The notes below the pieces were generated by a model, which saw nothing but the letters and a program-made list of their open reading frames with translations, did no database searches and was not told the DNA's origin. Source: Paecilomyces variotii (lineage: Eukaryota). From it: DNA of 64,000 nucleotides. Below, one piece after another: positions 24,955-39,470 of this stretch. How positions within the stretch are numbered: position 1 is the stretch's first letter; the number at the start of each line of letters is the position of its first letter. The DNA is taken from assembly GCA_004022145.1 (NCBI GenBank), contig RCNU01000013.1, one strand, 5' to 3'. Both the position numbers and the translations under genes were made by a program.

Positions 24955-26540
24955 TCACTGGTTCCTCCGGGAGTCGATAACCTGGATTATGATCGTAGGC
25001 GCCAGCGAAACAACAACGATAAGACCACACATCAAACCAGCGGCTCCACCAAGGCCGAGTGCGGCATACATGTCAGGGAAGTAGAATGGACCGAGCTAGA
25101 ACGCCAACCAGTCAGGAACATGATTATTACTGCGGCAGTTGGAAGGATTAACACTCACAAATCCGTAAATCTGACGAAACATGTTGATGAAGACCCCGAC
25201 ACTGGAAGAGTACTCTCGATGGCTGTCGACGGCAAATGAGATCAGTGTAGTGGTAAGAATCTGGTTTCCAAAGGAATCGATGGCCATGCCAATGCTGGGA
25301 GTGATATTCCATGTGCTTGCTTTCTCCAGCTGGAATCCCCAGGTCAGAAGACCAGCAATGACGGTGCCGAATCCGATGTATGATAGCCATAGACGGTCTG
25401 CGGGAATGGTGTGGCCCTTCCTACGACGCAGAGTCTTCAGGAACCAGTCCGACATTGGGCCACTGATCTGCTCACCAATGAGGGAACCAATGATCACGGC
25501 AGCAAACTGGTATCCAACTTGCTGGGCGTTGAAGTGGAACTTCTCTCCGAAAGTCAGAGGTGTCTCGACAATGACGGCGATGTTCGCATAGGCGAATGAA
25601 ACGGCATGAGCGATGGCAGGGATCAAGACGCGAGGGAACTTTGCCAGGGAGAGAGGTCTAAAGAAGTCACCAAACTTGATTGCCCGGTGGTCTAGTCGGT
25701 GAGGAATGAAACGGGCCAGCCCCGTCTGACGAGGTTGAGGACTGTCTTTGACGTAGAGGGTCTCGTCACCCAGAAGCACGTAAGCGATGAACTGGGCGGC
25801 ATTGATGATTGCGAAGATAAAGAATATCCACTCGAAACCCAGGTGCTGTGCCACGAAGCCATTGATGAAAGCACCCCCGGGAATACCAAGCACAGTCATC
25901 AAGGTCCACCATCCGATCTTTTGACCACGCTCTTCAGGATAGCACAGTTCGGTCACTACGCCGCTGCCGATTCCAATTGGGGGTGCGATGAACCAGGCAA
26001 CGAGAACACGAGTGGTCATCTGAGCACCAAAAGTTTTACAGTAAGCACCTCCGATATTCAACACCATCGAGACCAGAACCGATAGCATAAAAATATGATA
26101 GCGACCGAATCGGGCTATGAGGGGGATCCAGAAAAAAGGAGCGATTCCCAAGACCAGAATCTGCGCAGGACTGATTAGACCACATTTGATTCCCAAACAA
26201 GGTGAACAATCAGACTTCATACCTGAGCCGACGTCAGGTAGCTCGCTTCAGGCACGGTGACATTGTATGCTGCCGCCATAGCATCATATCCGGGAATGAT
26301 ACCTGCCGCCATAAACACAGTGTCCATGGAATGGAAAGCGACCATCAGAATCTGCGCATTTCGCTTCCATGCTGGCCAGTTGATTGGCGCGTCCACTGGA
26401 GGCGCTTCTGGTTCGTATGTTGAAACATCTTCCAGATGAGATGCTTTATCAAATTGGTCTTTCCTCACGTCGCTGCTGAGGTCGGACATGGCGTGGTTAT
26501 CTGAATGAGCGACCCGCACTCCAGTGATGCCTTCGCCCAT
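24955..26540 (-). CDS. MFS transporter (DHA1/HOL1-like)
   Basis: PINWPAWKR motif; introns 26161-26222 and about 25096-25158; final exon LGPFYFPDMY...RRNQ-stop. The start could instead be the downstream ATG (MSDLS). Confidence 0.87.
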
Positions 26541-27861
26541 GTATATCGGGGGTTAACGAGAAATGTAAGGTGCCCTGCAATCTGCAAGATTGTCGAGGGT
26601 TATACAGAAGCAAACGGAAACCTGGGGGAGAGCATCTCTATAAAAGCGTGGGACATCCCCATGGGGTAGAAACAGCGGGTCGACAATCCCCGCGGGGAGT
26701 GGAGTCCCCAAAATCGAAATCTACCGTCTATCTCGCTGGGATCGCTTGAGATGTGTGCAACATTGTTTACCGGATGGTGAGAACGGCATGGCTCGCGGGG
26801 TTAGTTCCGCACCATCACATCGAGAGACACCGCTGCGGAACGATGTAGAAGCAATTTTAAGCGCCACTCTCAGCAGTCAGTGCGAATAAGTAGATTGCTA
26901 TACCGGCGATATGACTGGCCTTGGTCGTTGCTCGGACGCTATCCCGCACCCTCGGTTGCGTCCCCCGGGTTTGGCGTGTAAGAATTAATCCGCTTTTCGA
27001 TCGCTGCGGTGAATTGAGGCCTGGAGCGATCTTGGGATCATCCACTACTGGCCATGGTCAAGCCACTACCCCCAAGGTTTGGCCATTGAAAAACGTTTCT
27101 GCATCAACTCCCGCGGATGCAGCCGACTCCCTTATGGATGTTTGATATCACCTTCGGAAAACCCGAGCACTGTTGTATGTTTGTGCAATACTCAGGTTGG
27201 ACTTCTAGGACGATCATGACGTGATTCACATATGAGCAAAGCTGTAGTCGTAGTAGCATCATCCTTTTCTTCAATGCCGTTGTCTTGCTCTGCGCTAGAG
27301 CCTGGTCAGGGATCAGTCTTTACGCGCCACGGCTGAAATAATGACGCGACAAGGGATTACAGCGGGCATGCATTGTGTCATGTTAATTAGAGAGAAAGTC
27401 GGCTACCAGAAATGTCTCTGACTCCAGCTCGACATGGACGATGTAAATATCAGTCGATAAATTCCCAGTATCTGGAGAATCAGCTAAAAACCACACCATA
27501 CATTACTATAATCACCAGTAAATAAGAGAAAATACAAAAAATTCAATACCCTCTACCACTCCTGTCATCAGAAAGGCTGCGAGGACATTACGAAAATCAC
27601 CATCTTTCTTTTGGGCAGACTTTCTGCCTTGTCCTTGGAAATCCACGAAGGCTCCAAAGCTAAGTAGAGCCTGGGTGGTAGGAGTAGCTAGACGTATATC
27701 TTGCAACTGCGCGACTCTGGCTTCCTGGTTGGAGAATAGCCCTTTATTGTGACATACACATATGGAGTGATGAATGGGAGGGCCGGGAGGGTATTCTAGA
27801 TATGAGCTTTGAGCCTCGGTTATATTTCGCCTTAACAAGACAGAAGAAACAGAATCTGTCA

Positions 27862-28000
27862 AGATTCAGGATCACAGAAGCGAGATACGAAGAAAAGTAT
27901 TTGACATGGGAATATGATATTGACTGCTTGAACAGCTAGAGTATACCGAAATCTATCGACCATTTACGCCCTAGGACTTCGTCCTGGTTAATTGCTGCCT
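27862..28000 (+). repeat. Dispersed degenerate repeat, copy 1 (probable TE relic)
   Basis: aggatcacagaagcgagatacgaagaaaag...tgcttgaacagctaga...aaatctatcgaccatttacgccctaggactt aligns with 58141-58280. Confidence 0.75.
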
Positions 28001-28637
28001 GGAGCACTGCCTCGGCCACTATATCTGCGCAGTTGCTACTTCTGGAGTGTCTGCTTTGATCATATATAGGTGGGAATCAGTAGCTCAATGTTGCTTGTTC
28101 TATAATACCCCTTTATATAGGGTGAGTAGTAGCATTTCCCACCCGTGAAACACACCACATCTCAGCTGCTATGACGGCCTCAATCTTGCCAAAATCTGAC
28201 AGATACTGAGTTTTTCATCTATTCGGGCACTCTCTCTGGGTGCTCGTAGGTGCCTTGTCTTTTTTATGTAAATCAGTGGCCGCGAGCCCTTGTACCTTCG
28301 AAACACGGCTCAGCTTATAGTCTGGATAGACAACCACGTGCACACCATGTTATCTGCCTAGGCTGGTTGCCTTTTCAGCCTCGTGGGTATTCGCGAGGTT
28401 CACCCTTCCAGTTTTGTATCCCATTGGATAGTACATACATACATCCTCTTCACAGTAGCCGTGTAGGGCTGAGATCGCTTACTTCAGCTGACAGGCCAGC
28501 TAGAACTATATCGCGACAGCGGTTATAGTGGTATACTCACTTATTTATACCAGGCAAGTTGACCCTTCATGACTTGAGTCAACTATGTAAATAACAGAAT
28601 CAATTAGGGAATCTGTTCATATTCCAGAATTCACACA

Positions 28638-29405
28638 ATGGCCACTTCATCACCAGCCGCTCCGTCTGACGACAGCAAGCCCCAGGTTCAACCCAACGCC
28701 AAAAAGGACACAAAGAACAAAGGACGTTCCAGCAGCACAGAAGCTTCCCTTCCAGATCTTTCGCAAACAGCTATGAACGAGCATGTGTCCATTTTCCGAC
28801 ATGCCGTCGGCATTAACTCGCAGCCCCCGTCCTACTCGGGCAGCAAGCTAGAGGAAGGTCAGAGACTAGCCACAGGCATATATAAAGAAGTTCTACGAGA
28901 AAAGAATACACGACGCAGGCAGTATTGGGCAGTCAACCTGCTTGTCTACTGCTGCCACTTCGCCCAGATCATTATCAGCGCCTCGGTAACCGCACTGGGG
29001 CCGTCGTCGAAGAATTACTCTACAGTGCTTACGGTGCTGGGGGCCGTCAACACTGTTATCGCGGGCACTTTGGCGCTGTTGAATGGACGAGGTCTGCCAG
29101 ACAGGCTGCATAGGGATGAGATCGAGTTCCGAAAGATACAGGACTGGGTCGAAGAAACAGAATCCCTGATAGCAGCTGGTATTATCGGTTCCGATCGGGA
29201 GCAGGTTGGCCATCTCATCGAGGCAACGTTCAGGAAGTACAACGCAGCGAAGGCGACTTCAGAAAACAATAAGCCCAGCTCGTACATCAAGCAGCAGGCA
29301 GAAAGGGGAAGGAGTACTGCTGGAGCAGACGACGACTTCCTCGAAGATTCCACCAATTCTGATGGAAATACGCTCGTCAAGCTCAACGTGCCAGGGGTAC
29401 ATTGA
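28638..29405 (+). CDS. SLATT (SMODS/SLOG-associating 2TM effector) fungal-family protein
   Basis: Intronless 255 aa. GIY..V...Y, two TM helices QIIISASVTALG and TVLGAVNTVIAGTLALL, then GLPDRL and a helical tail ending NxPxSY. Confidence 0.78.
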   Translation: MATSSPAAPSDDSKPQVQPNAKKDTKNKGRSSSTEASLPDLSQTAMNEHVSIFRHAVGINSQPPSYSGSKLEEGQRLATGIYKEVLREKNTRRRQYWAVNLLVYCCHFAQIIISASVTALGPSSKNYSTVLTVLGAVNTVIAGTLALLNGRGLPDRLHRDEIEFRKIQDWVEETESLIAAGIIGSDREQVGHLIEATFRKYNAAKATSENNKPSSYIKQQAERGRSTAGADDDFLEDSTNSDGNTLVKLNVPGVH

Positions 29406-30338
29406 ATAATCACCGACATGACTGTTATAAGAGGATTCCAGCTGGTATTATGTCTCGTTATTAATTCGCAGCATTACTAAATGTTTTCAATGAATTAGTC
29501 TTTGTTGAAGTAGATCCTATAAGCAAGATCTATTGTTGAGTTTCTGTGATGCTTACTTCATTTTCTTGTGCTTATTTTACAGTACTTACCCTGGCCGACG
29601 GCTGCGGAGGAATTCCGCCAACAATCTTGCCGTAAAGACATATCTTACTCAGTAGTTGGATCCTTGAAGATCGACTAGCCAGGATGTCCAAATCACACAA
29701 AGCTTATTTGATTAACACTACCAATCTGATACTCTGTTAATTAAAGTAGGACAATAATGTATTTCCCACTGCAGTGTATAATGCAAACTTCAAACAATAT
29801 CACCTGGCCCTGGCTATGATTCAGAATTGCTCATCCTATGGACATTCATAATAGACGTAGTAAGTAACTAATTCAATTCGCTGATCTCAGCTCTTCAGAC
29901 TTCACCATCGATTCCCGTAAGCACGTCATATCCCCCGCACATTCACTTCAAAACTTGATAGGATGTATCTCCCGCTATTGCAGTTGAAGGGAACCCTTCT
30001 AAACTTCCTGGTTCGACAAGACTCCCAACTAAAAGGTTAGAATGATGCGATATCGGTGAAAATGAGACATTGACAAGTGGGATTCCTGAGGGCATAACCT
30101 ATATATTTAAAATTGTCCACACCGATCGCAAACCATCAGTAAAGTTCTCTACATTTCACTCATCCAACATATATTTAGTGAAGATCAAAAATCAAAAAAC
30201 ACTGTTTCTTCGCTCCGCAAACCCAGAGAAATAAAGTGCAGAATACCTGACCAAGGTTAATGTACCCTTCCACCAGACAAGATGGATCTATCACGGGCTA
30301 ATTATTTATTTCCTTCCTAGCACTTTGCTGCCCGCACG

Positions 30339-32039
30339 ATGAAAAGCAATCTCGCCCTTCTAAGCATAGCGGCATTTCTGCATCTCGCAGCTGCCGATTG
30401 GCAATTCAAGTCTCGACCGGACCTGGCACCGCCGAGATTGAATATCACCATCCCGGCCGCGCCAGATGTAGAGAAGGGCTATCTCTTCATCGCCCCCTTT
30501 GCTGGTCTCGAGCCGCCGGGTGAGACTCACGGTCCCCGTCAGTCGGGTCCGTACATTTTCCGTGATGACGGCGAACTCGTCTGGTCTGGCTATTCGTACT
30601 ACTCGATCTGGGCGACCAACTTCCAGAAGGGCCGTTGGAAGGGTAGAGATGTTCTCTTCTCCTTTGAAGGAGATCATAACCCCGCCTACGGCCATGGTCA
30701 CGGGCACACTACGATCCTCGATCAGCATTATGAGACGATTCGCGAGCTCAGAGCTGGAAATCACAAGTTGACAGACAAGCATGAGTTTCACATCATCAAT
30801 GAAGAGACGGCGCTCATCCAGATCTATCAGCCGGTTCCTAGAGACCTGCGTAAGTGGGGAGCGGGTCCGGAGCAGCAATGGATTGTAGATGCCATTATTC
30901 AGGGTACGTATGTGTGAGCCCTCGTTGCATACTACTTAAGTATTGACTTGCATCTGCAGAGTTGGATATCGAAACTGGCGAGTTGCTCTTTGAATGGTCC
31001 AGTCTGGAACATGTCTCGCCGGACGGTAAGCTCAGCTTCAATCAATCAATATCACAACACCCAAGCCAACTCATAATATATAGAAGCCATCCTCCCAATT
31101 AACCCCGGCCAAGCAGGATCCGGCTACAACTCCTCCGACGCCTGGGATTACTTCCACATCAACTCTGTCGACAAAGACTCCGAAGGTAACTATCTCATTT
31201 CCGCCCGCGACGCCTGCTCTGTGCACAAGATCAACGGAACAACCGGCGAAATCATCTGGCGACTCGGTGGCAAGAAGTCCGATTTCGCTCTCGGTCCCAA
31301 TGTGGACTTCTGCTTCCAGCACCATGCTCGCTACGTCTCGAAGGACAGCCACAGCGAAGTGATCTCCCTCTACGATAACGCCGCTCACGGGACCGAAAGC
31401 GGACACGGCCACGAAGTCCACACGAACTCTTTCTCACAGGGTAAAATCATCAAAGTGGACACCAAGCGCTGGGAAGCGTCCATCGTCCAGGCCTTCCAGC
31501 CGCCAGATAACCTCCTTTCCAAATCTCAAGGAAGCACTCAGCTCCTGCCCAACGGCAACGTCCTCGTAAACTGGGGGTCTGAAGGTGCCCTCACCGAATT
31601 CCGTTCTGACGGTACTCCCATTTTCCACACGTATTTTGATTCCGGCTTTCTGGGTGAAGGCGTCCAGAACTACCGTGGCTTCCGGTACAACTGGACCGGT
31701 CTCCCGAACGAAGCTCCTGCAATCGTCTCTCTGAAGAATGAATCAGGTACAACCGTCTACGTATCCTGGAACGGGGACACGGAGACAGCTTCATGGCGGT
31801 TCTACGACGTCGTCGACGAATACGGTTCTCGTCAATATCTGGGCGAGTCCAAAAGGACAGGTTTCGAGACATCGCTCTTTTTGAATGGCCACATCCTGAA
31901 TGCTGTCTCGGCTGATGCAGTTTCTGCACGTGGAAGCGTTCTCAGGTCTACTGGAATTGCAAGAACCGAGGTTGAAGTTCTTCCTCCGCCGGGTGCTTCT
32001 TTGGCTGGTGACTCTTTTGGCCTCCAAGTTCAGGGCTAA
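30339..32039 (+). CDS. Secreted arylsulfotransferase (ASST family)
   Basis: Signal peptide; FKSRPDLAPP, DKHEF, WDYFHINSVDKD, FQHHAR, SQGSTQLLPNGNVLVNWG; introns near 30904-30959 and 31026-31083. Confidence 0.92.
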
Positions 32040-32558
32040 CTGGTCTAGCAACTGGAAGTGAGACTTATAGCCGGACAAGATACTGTACTGAACCCTGTAT
32101 CCTTGGATAGTTGGATGTACGGACCTTCTTCCTGGGAGGCAATCAAAAGGCTGTAGCATGGATAAGCGCAAGAGTCAAACACGATAAGATCTGTAAGTGT
32201 GAATAACTGGATATTGTCCCACAAGAAACTACGCCATGCTCCTTAACGGCCATCACGCCACGTAATACGTGGCTCCCAAGCCATATGCGTCCGATTTGAG
32301 AATGATAGGGACAGAAAACACAATGTTTGAGTCCATAAAGATGAACGAAACACCTGACTAGGAGTGCAAAAAACAGAACTTGGCAAAATGCTGTCATCAG
32401 GCGTATGGTTCCCCCTTAACGTTCAAAATAGGAACCAAAGCATCGAGTAATATGTACAAGGTACGTGCAATCACACATCACTCCGCAACTCGCTCCCGCT
32501 TAAGCCCAAAGCCGACGTAACCATAAAAAGGATTGGATCTCAATTTGATCCAACTTCA

Positions 32559-35003
32559 TCAGAGGAAAGACCTCTTCTTGTTTCGAGCGCGCTGGCCCGT
32601 GTAGACGTCTAGTTTCACTGCGATAAAGACGAGTTCCAAACCGCCACGGTCGGAGGTATTGGTTTGAACCCTCAGTCTCCACTGGCCCTTGTAGACAATC
32701 CAGTCTCCTAGATCGTCCGTGCTATCGGCCCGTTTGCGTTTTGCAGGTGGCTGCCTCATGTCCACATGCTGTGACAAGGCATTGTTAGTATCCTGTCCCT
32801 GCTGCCCCTGTGGCTGTTCCCGAGAAACGGCCGTAGCGCCTCTAAGGAAGTTGGCGATATATGGTTCGCCATCGACTATCACATCGGCATCCGGTCCAAT
32901 TTGCACCTTCACTCGATCCTCGCTGAGCGGGGTATGACCGGGGCTAGCTGCCTGAGCGCTTGCGCCTCCAGACATCATCATCAACCCCAACGGCGCGTTG
33001 GTGGGAAGATTCATCTTGTTGGCAACCACCTGGAAGAGGCTGGCAATGCGTGCTTTTGCTAGGCCATGGAAATCCGCGCGCATCTCATTGAGATCGATGG
33101 TCGTGTTCTCGCCGCCGATCTCGACTATGAGTTCATATGTCGTCTCATCGACAAATGGCCGTGCGTAATGGACCCATCCAGATAGTATGGGGTTGTCATT
33201 GGAGGAATCACTAACAAAAGAAATGCCAGATTGCCGTACATCCTCTAAGCGAATGATAATCTCCGACTTTCGCCTTTCAGGGTTATAGCTGATATTATGC
33301 GGAATCAATTTCTGTTCCAAGCCCCGCAGATGAAAGTAGCGGCAGTCCCGTAAAAGCTCGGCGCGGTGGTCTTCAGTTTCGATATGCAACGGATAGCCTC
33401 GAAGAAGATGCAGCAGTTCTGCAAACACCTTGCCAGACCGACTAGGCACACTAGGCGGGAGGATGGACGGCGGTCGTAACAGTCCGCTGCGATCGAGACC
33501 CGGGAATACTTCCTGGGGAGAAGCGAAAAACACCGCGAAACCCAGTGAAAAGAAGTTCGGAGTATCGCCAGGACTGGAGAATATATCGCGAGGAATCTGA
33601 AAATGATCGTCACCGATCTGAATAAAGATCTCCGATTCAAACAGCTGGGAGATAAGCCGGGGCACTAATGATGTCAGCTCATCGCCCAGCTTCCCATCCA
33701 GATAGAGGCTTCTTACAGCTATAGAACTGCGCATCCGCGAATAATTTCACAAATTGAGAGCCATCTTTTGGTCGAACGTAGTACCCTACACCCCACCGTT
33801 AATAAGCCAATTTCCAATGAAACAAAGATGGTCCATGTGACTCACCCTGAAGATGTCTCGAGATTTCTTGGAACGTGACTGGGTCACGATCGATATACAA
33901 CGTCCTTATATTGGAAGGATCCTCGTTCTGACGAAGCTGCTCCTCGAAGAATTGGGAAAAATAGGAAGGTGCTCTAAGAATTTAGTCCAAGCTCGGATTC
34001 ACGGATCATCTCCAGCGCAGCACTGACCATCAGACGCAATTGAAGCTCCCGACAAACGAAACAGCTCTGACCCGATCTGGATCGGGAACACCTTCTCCGG
34101 GGGTAGGGTACATTTTGGCCGCGCTCCTTTCTTCGAGGACACGCTCGAGGCTCGCGAACCCGAGGGCGGTTGAACACTGTTGGGTCCGGTGGTCGTCGTC
34201 GAACCGGGCACCTCTGAGACCTCTGACATCTTCTGTCCTATCCAAATTCCCCTACTCCAGTCTTGTATTTTCGTCCCCTCGCGGCGTGTTGCGAAAGGCG
34301 ATGAGACAGGTATGACGGATCGCACAGGTTGATTCGAACGCTGAGCGCGCTGGTTGTTATGGGAGCCCTCTGTTGTCAATCTGGCCGCGGGCGCCTCTCT
34401 AGATCCGGATAATTCGTGGGGACCCGACTGTTGTGGCTGCAATTGTACTCGATTCGCTGGTGCTTGCGACGATACTGTCGAAGTTCCACGATAGTCTGCC
34501 ACACTTGCCAGACGTAGATCCACAGGTCCGCCAGCTGTAGTTCGCTCCCGAGATTGATTGTCACCGGTTTTTGAAGCCTGCAGGAGGCCCTGTGAGGCGT
34601 CTTCTTGATACAGCTGAGTCGTGTCGAGGAGGGCCGTGTCTAGCGTATTCCAATCGGACTGAAAGAAGGAATCGCGGAGGATGTCAGACGATATAGATGA
34701 CGAGGTGTTTGACGAACGGTACTGACTAGCTACAGCTTCAGAGCCGCCAGAATATCCGTCAAGGGCCCAAGAAGCTCCGGACTGCCAACGCCTCTCCGCA
34801 ATTGCGGCACTGGGGGGTTGTTCCCGAAATATGGTCTGGCCGTCAATGGCGGATGCGGCGCGCAACGCACTCGATGCCGCAGCGTCTCTGGTTACGATAG
34901 CCTGCGTGCTAGAGCCGTGACGAGGAAGGTCAGAGGAGACGTCCTCCGGAGATGAAAAGGCATCGCGATGGTTGAGGCTGGAGTGGCTCTTGTTTGCGTT
35001 CAT
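32559..35003 (-). CDS. Tandem BTB/POZ (KCTD-like) domain protein, yeast YLR108C/YDR132C-like
   Basis: LPPEKVFPIQIGSELFRLSGASIASD, small exon TLYIDRDPVTFQEISRHLQG, second BTB IQIGDDHFQIPRD...LRDCRYFHLRGLEQ; three introns. Confidence 0.88.
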
Positions 35004-35894
35004 GATCAGCCGCGGAATAAGAGTCGACTAGCTCGGCGGGTTCTCGAACCGCGATCGGGTCCACCAAGTCAGCCACAGTGCGGCATTCCAGAGCTCTAGC
35101 AGACAGTGGCGGGTATATCAATAAGATCTGCGCGATGCTGAGAAGTCGTCGATATCGATGCCATGATGGCCGTCGTGTGCTCAAGGCTGGCGTTGTCCGT
35201 GTTGGTTAAGTACGGTGTCCTGAGTGGTTAGAAGAGAGGTGCATTGCTGATCAATTAGAGACAATCAGGAGAATTATAAGAATTATACCCCCAGTGCATG
35301 AGGACAGCAGACCCCGAAGAAAGAACGGAAGAGAAGAAGTCTAGACACGGTCACTCATCGTCAAGCATTTCAACTAGGAGGATGCCATTCCCCTCATATC
35401 CGTACGGAGTACTTAAGTACACGACTGGCCATCATAGCTCAAGTCCAATTCCTGCAATTTTCTATCATAAATAGTAAGGAAAATGGAGAACACGTCAGAA
35501 GATCAACGTCTCTTTCTCGATAATTCTCAAGCAACTCTACCTATAACTAGACTACTACCTAATTATTGATTACGATTAATCTAAGACGCCGAAAACAATC
35601 CATCAATCCTTGCGCCGTTACCCTCGCTTCTGCGAAAATCACTTTTTGTCTGATTGGCCAAGTAGCCATATATGCAAAACCATGGGTCATAACCTCGTGG
35701 CACTGTGCCTCAGTCAACTTCGTCCAGAGATTAGCTCTTATCTCAGAGGAATGGACGGGGAGAACTGGAAAAGATATGGCAAATAGCGTAGGCTGTATAA
35801 AAAGATCCCTGCTGAATCCCACAGCCTCTGTCGCAGACTCAGGGTCTGCGATCACTCCGCCGACATGGGAAAGAACGAGCCTGTTGTGGTTCAG

Positions 35895-37822
35895 CTAAGC
35901 ATCGAGCTGCTTTTCAATGTCTCGGTCAATAGGTTGGGAGACAGGAGTAGAAGATACCGCAACCTCCTTCGGAGGTAGAGAATCCACTGCAGAAGCACAG
36001 GTCTCATCCGACATGTCGCGCCGCTTCTCTCGTGCTTCAGCCTCCTTCAACCGCAACAGCTCCTGGCAGAACTTGCTGTTTTTCCTGATCTTGTCACCGT
36101 AGCGAATGAAGACAAACGGGATGATGGACAAACCCAGACTCAGGAATGCAAGCAAGCTACATGCCCAATGGACCCCGAGACGGTTGAACATCGGCTTTGC
36201 AGCTAGCGGCAAGAGGGCCCCGAAGATGCTCCGCGAGCAACTACCTGCGGATTGGGCACTGGCAGCAAAGGTCTCATAGGCATCGGAGAGATAATTCAAG
36301 GTAGCCATGAAGATCAACATGTACCCAATGCCGAACAGGATACCAGACAGCATAGGAGCCGCCCAGTGGACGTCTGGATAAGCCGTCCAACCAACCCAGA
36401 GAAGGGAGACGACATACGATGGCCCTCCCAAACAAGCCAGTGGCAGACGACGGTATTCCTCGATTTGGGACCATCTGGCACCCCTAGCCTTCGCCTTTGC
36501 AAGAAAGGAGTCATACCATAGAAAGATACCGCACGCGATAAATGCTCCAACGCCAACTGCAGCTTGCGCATCAGAGAGAATCACGAAAGCTGCCGGGGAG
36601 GTACGACTTACTCGGCAAAAAGCACAACCCAGAAACTCCAGCGCTCATGCCGTAAATGCCTGCGAGACAAAGATTAGTCACGCGTACGCGATACACGGAA
36701 GTAAGGTACGTACCCTGAAAGATAATCGGATATGCCTCGAAATAAAGATAGAAGATGGCATAGGCCAACGAAATATAGAGACAAGAAAATGAGACAATTG
36801 ATTCGTGAATGATCATTCGTACCGGTCGTGTCAGTGTGATCCAAAGGGTCTCCTTCAGGTTACGGTTCTGCAGGTCCAACGGTGAAACTATGCTTTGATT
36901 TCCGGTCTCCTTGCGTAACAGCTTCGCTCTCCGTTGAAGAATAGTTGGTCCGTAGGTCTCGGGCAAAAATACGATCAATGGAAGTGTGGCACAGGCAAAG
37001 AATAATCCGATCCAGAAGCTCCATCGCCAGCTGACGACGGAGACAAAGCCTGAAACCCACGGCCCCATGATTGGCCCCAGCGTTGTACACTACGTAGTAC
37101 GTCAGAGCGGTAGTCGAAGTGATGGGAGGAGAACAAAAACTTACGGCCATGAATATCGCCATGGTACGACCGCGCTTGGTCGGGTCATTGTGGATATCAG
37201 CAAAAAGACCTGCTGTGATGGCATTAGGAGCGGACGCCATAATACCAGCCAACAACCGGAAAACGAGAAGGGCGGGAAACGTTGGCGCCACGGCAGATGC
37301 CATCATAAATATGGTATACAGTGTGAAAGACGTGAGCATGGGCTTTTTCCGGCCATAAGCCTCCGACATTGGACCCCAGAACAACGGGCCAAGAACGTAA
37401 CCGATGAGGTACATTGAGATGGGTAGAACCAGCTGTTCTTGGTTGGTTATATAAAAGTATTTGGCGATAAAGGAACTGGCGCCGCTGGGTAGAGATGATC
37501 CGATGGTACTGTTCATGACTTGCAGCATTCCAGCCATCAGGATATAGAATTTCTTTTTCTACAGGACACCATCCATGACTAAGTCTCAGCGTCCGGAGCA
37601 AAACAGCAACACCATAGGGTCCAGGGGACAGTATAGGGACGGTACCTGACTCCAATTCACTGGGTTTTCTGGATCATCTGGACCAAAAGAGACCAACGTC
37701 TTGGACGCCACGCGACGAAACCTGGACGTAGAAGGGTCCCCATACCTCTCGTGGACGGCCTCGACGATCAAGTCTTCCTCCTGTCCCGGGAGAGTGTGCT
37801 GTGAGTCATTGGATGAAGCCAT
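35895..37822 (-). CDS. MFS DHA1 drug/polyamine:H+ antiporter (Tpo/Flu1-like)
   Basis: DDPENPVNWS, GPMSEAYGRK, FLPETYGPTIL, EEYRRLP, NYLSDAY, AASAQSAGSCSRS; several GT-AG introns. Confidence 0.92.
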
Positions 37823-39470
37823 GGTCTCTGAAGCAGTCGTCAGTATTGGTATCTATCAAAATAAGTCAAGTGCTCCTGATCCCACGAACTCACCGGCTGA
37901 AGGTGTTTCGCCCCCGGTACTCTTCTCCCAAAGATATCTCGATCGCACGAATTGCGTCCGTCAGCCATCCGTGGCAGCGCAGTCAATGCGTGATTGAAAC
38001 AGCAGACAGGGAGTATCATAAGTAGCCAGGACTTCGACGTGATCACCGGATAGACTGCCCGATGGGGTGTACCTTCCTCGCCAGAACTATGCGTGCCCAA
38101 TGGCCGGCCGGCAGGGCTCGCTGGCGCTGGCGAACTTACTGTGTAATAGCGTCGCGATGGATGTGACTCCTAACCCGGGGAACCAACTTTTTGCATCCAT
38201 GGCGGCCCCATCACGTCAATCATCGAGGTACAGTCGGCTAACACGGCTCCTCGCTCTAGAGCCGACGGGCTGCCAAAACTCGTGTGGGTTCTGGAAGCAG
38301 AGACGCAGACCCGTCCAGAATTCTGGCGACGGCAGAAAACAGTCATGGTGAGGATATCATTTGTTCACAATCGAGGGATTGATGGACCTAGCCCCGCGTC
38401 TCCGGGAACAGGACCCAACCGTCAGACCCAATTGCAACGTCTCTACCCACGTACGATCACTGCAAGTTTCAATAACCATATCTGCTTAGGCCATCGAGCT
38501 ACCATCAAGGTTGTGGCGGTCTGGGAGATCAGAGTCCTCATTCCTGCGCAATATCTGCCGCTAATAATGTGCAAGATACAATGGTGACAATCAGCGGTTC
38601 TGGACTGGACTGGATTGGATTGAATTGTCGGATCGTGTAGAGTAGGCTCTCCTTCGAGTGCATGATTATTATCCTGGGTATTCCCCCGCGTATACAACGA
38701 CTCTTGGAGGGGCAAGTGGAAAAAGCGCGCGAGTGGCTCATGATTCGGGCCGTCTTCACGATGGATCCTCTCCAGGCTCAGCAGAGTCCCATATTTGATC
38801 ATTAGACTACTCTTCATACTTTTTTTTCAGTGCGGAAAACCATGACCGGCAACTTAACTGTCCCCACTTCGGAGAAATCAAATATGCATCCTTCTACTCC
38901 ATAACGGGGTCTGGATTTTGATTCAGTCCGCTCGATAACAGGGCATATGCCATAGAGAGACCAGAGGAGCTCTCACGCACACTTACTGTATGATACTCTA
39001 TTCTACCGTGACCGTTCGGTGTCTCATGACTCAACATCACAGGGACAAGAATCTCTCCAATTGCTCGTTGAATCATCCCGTATTATTATGCGATGGGATG
39101 TCATCTGTCCGAACTTTCGAGAACGCACAGACAGTCCCTCGCAACGATGTCCGATGCCCTTCACCGCCTTAGGGCTAGACTAAGTAGCGTACAGAAGAAT
39201 ATGCGACCTCGGTCCCAGATGCAAATAATTATCATCATTCATAACTCAACTATCGCGACTTCACCGTCGATCCTGCTCGATGCGGTCAGGTTGGAACCAG
39301 TTATCGGAAAGTTAAGCCAGTGTCACTACTGTACAGATACGGTCAAACACGGACAAGAATTCCATTCCTTGGTGATGTCTCGGAGCCGTACCTACGGAGT
39401 AGATAGATCGGCGTTTGATCCGCGTGGGACGAATCGGAACCTCACCGTCGGGACAAAAGGGTCGCTGGAA

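Noticed and set aside
17894-37822. Concentration of transporters suggesting a secondary metabolite cluster
   Set aside because: No PKS, NRPS, terpene or RiPP backbone gene in the window, and the transporters are interspersed with housekeeping genes.
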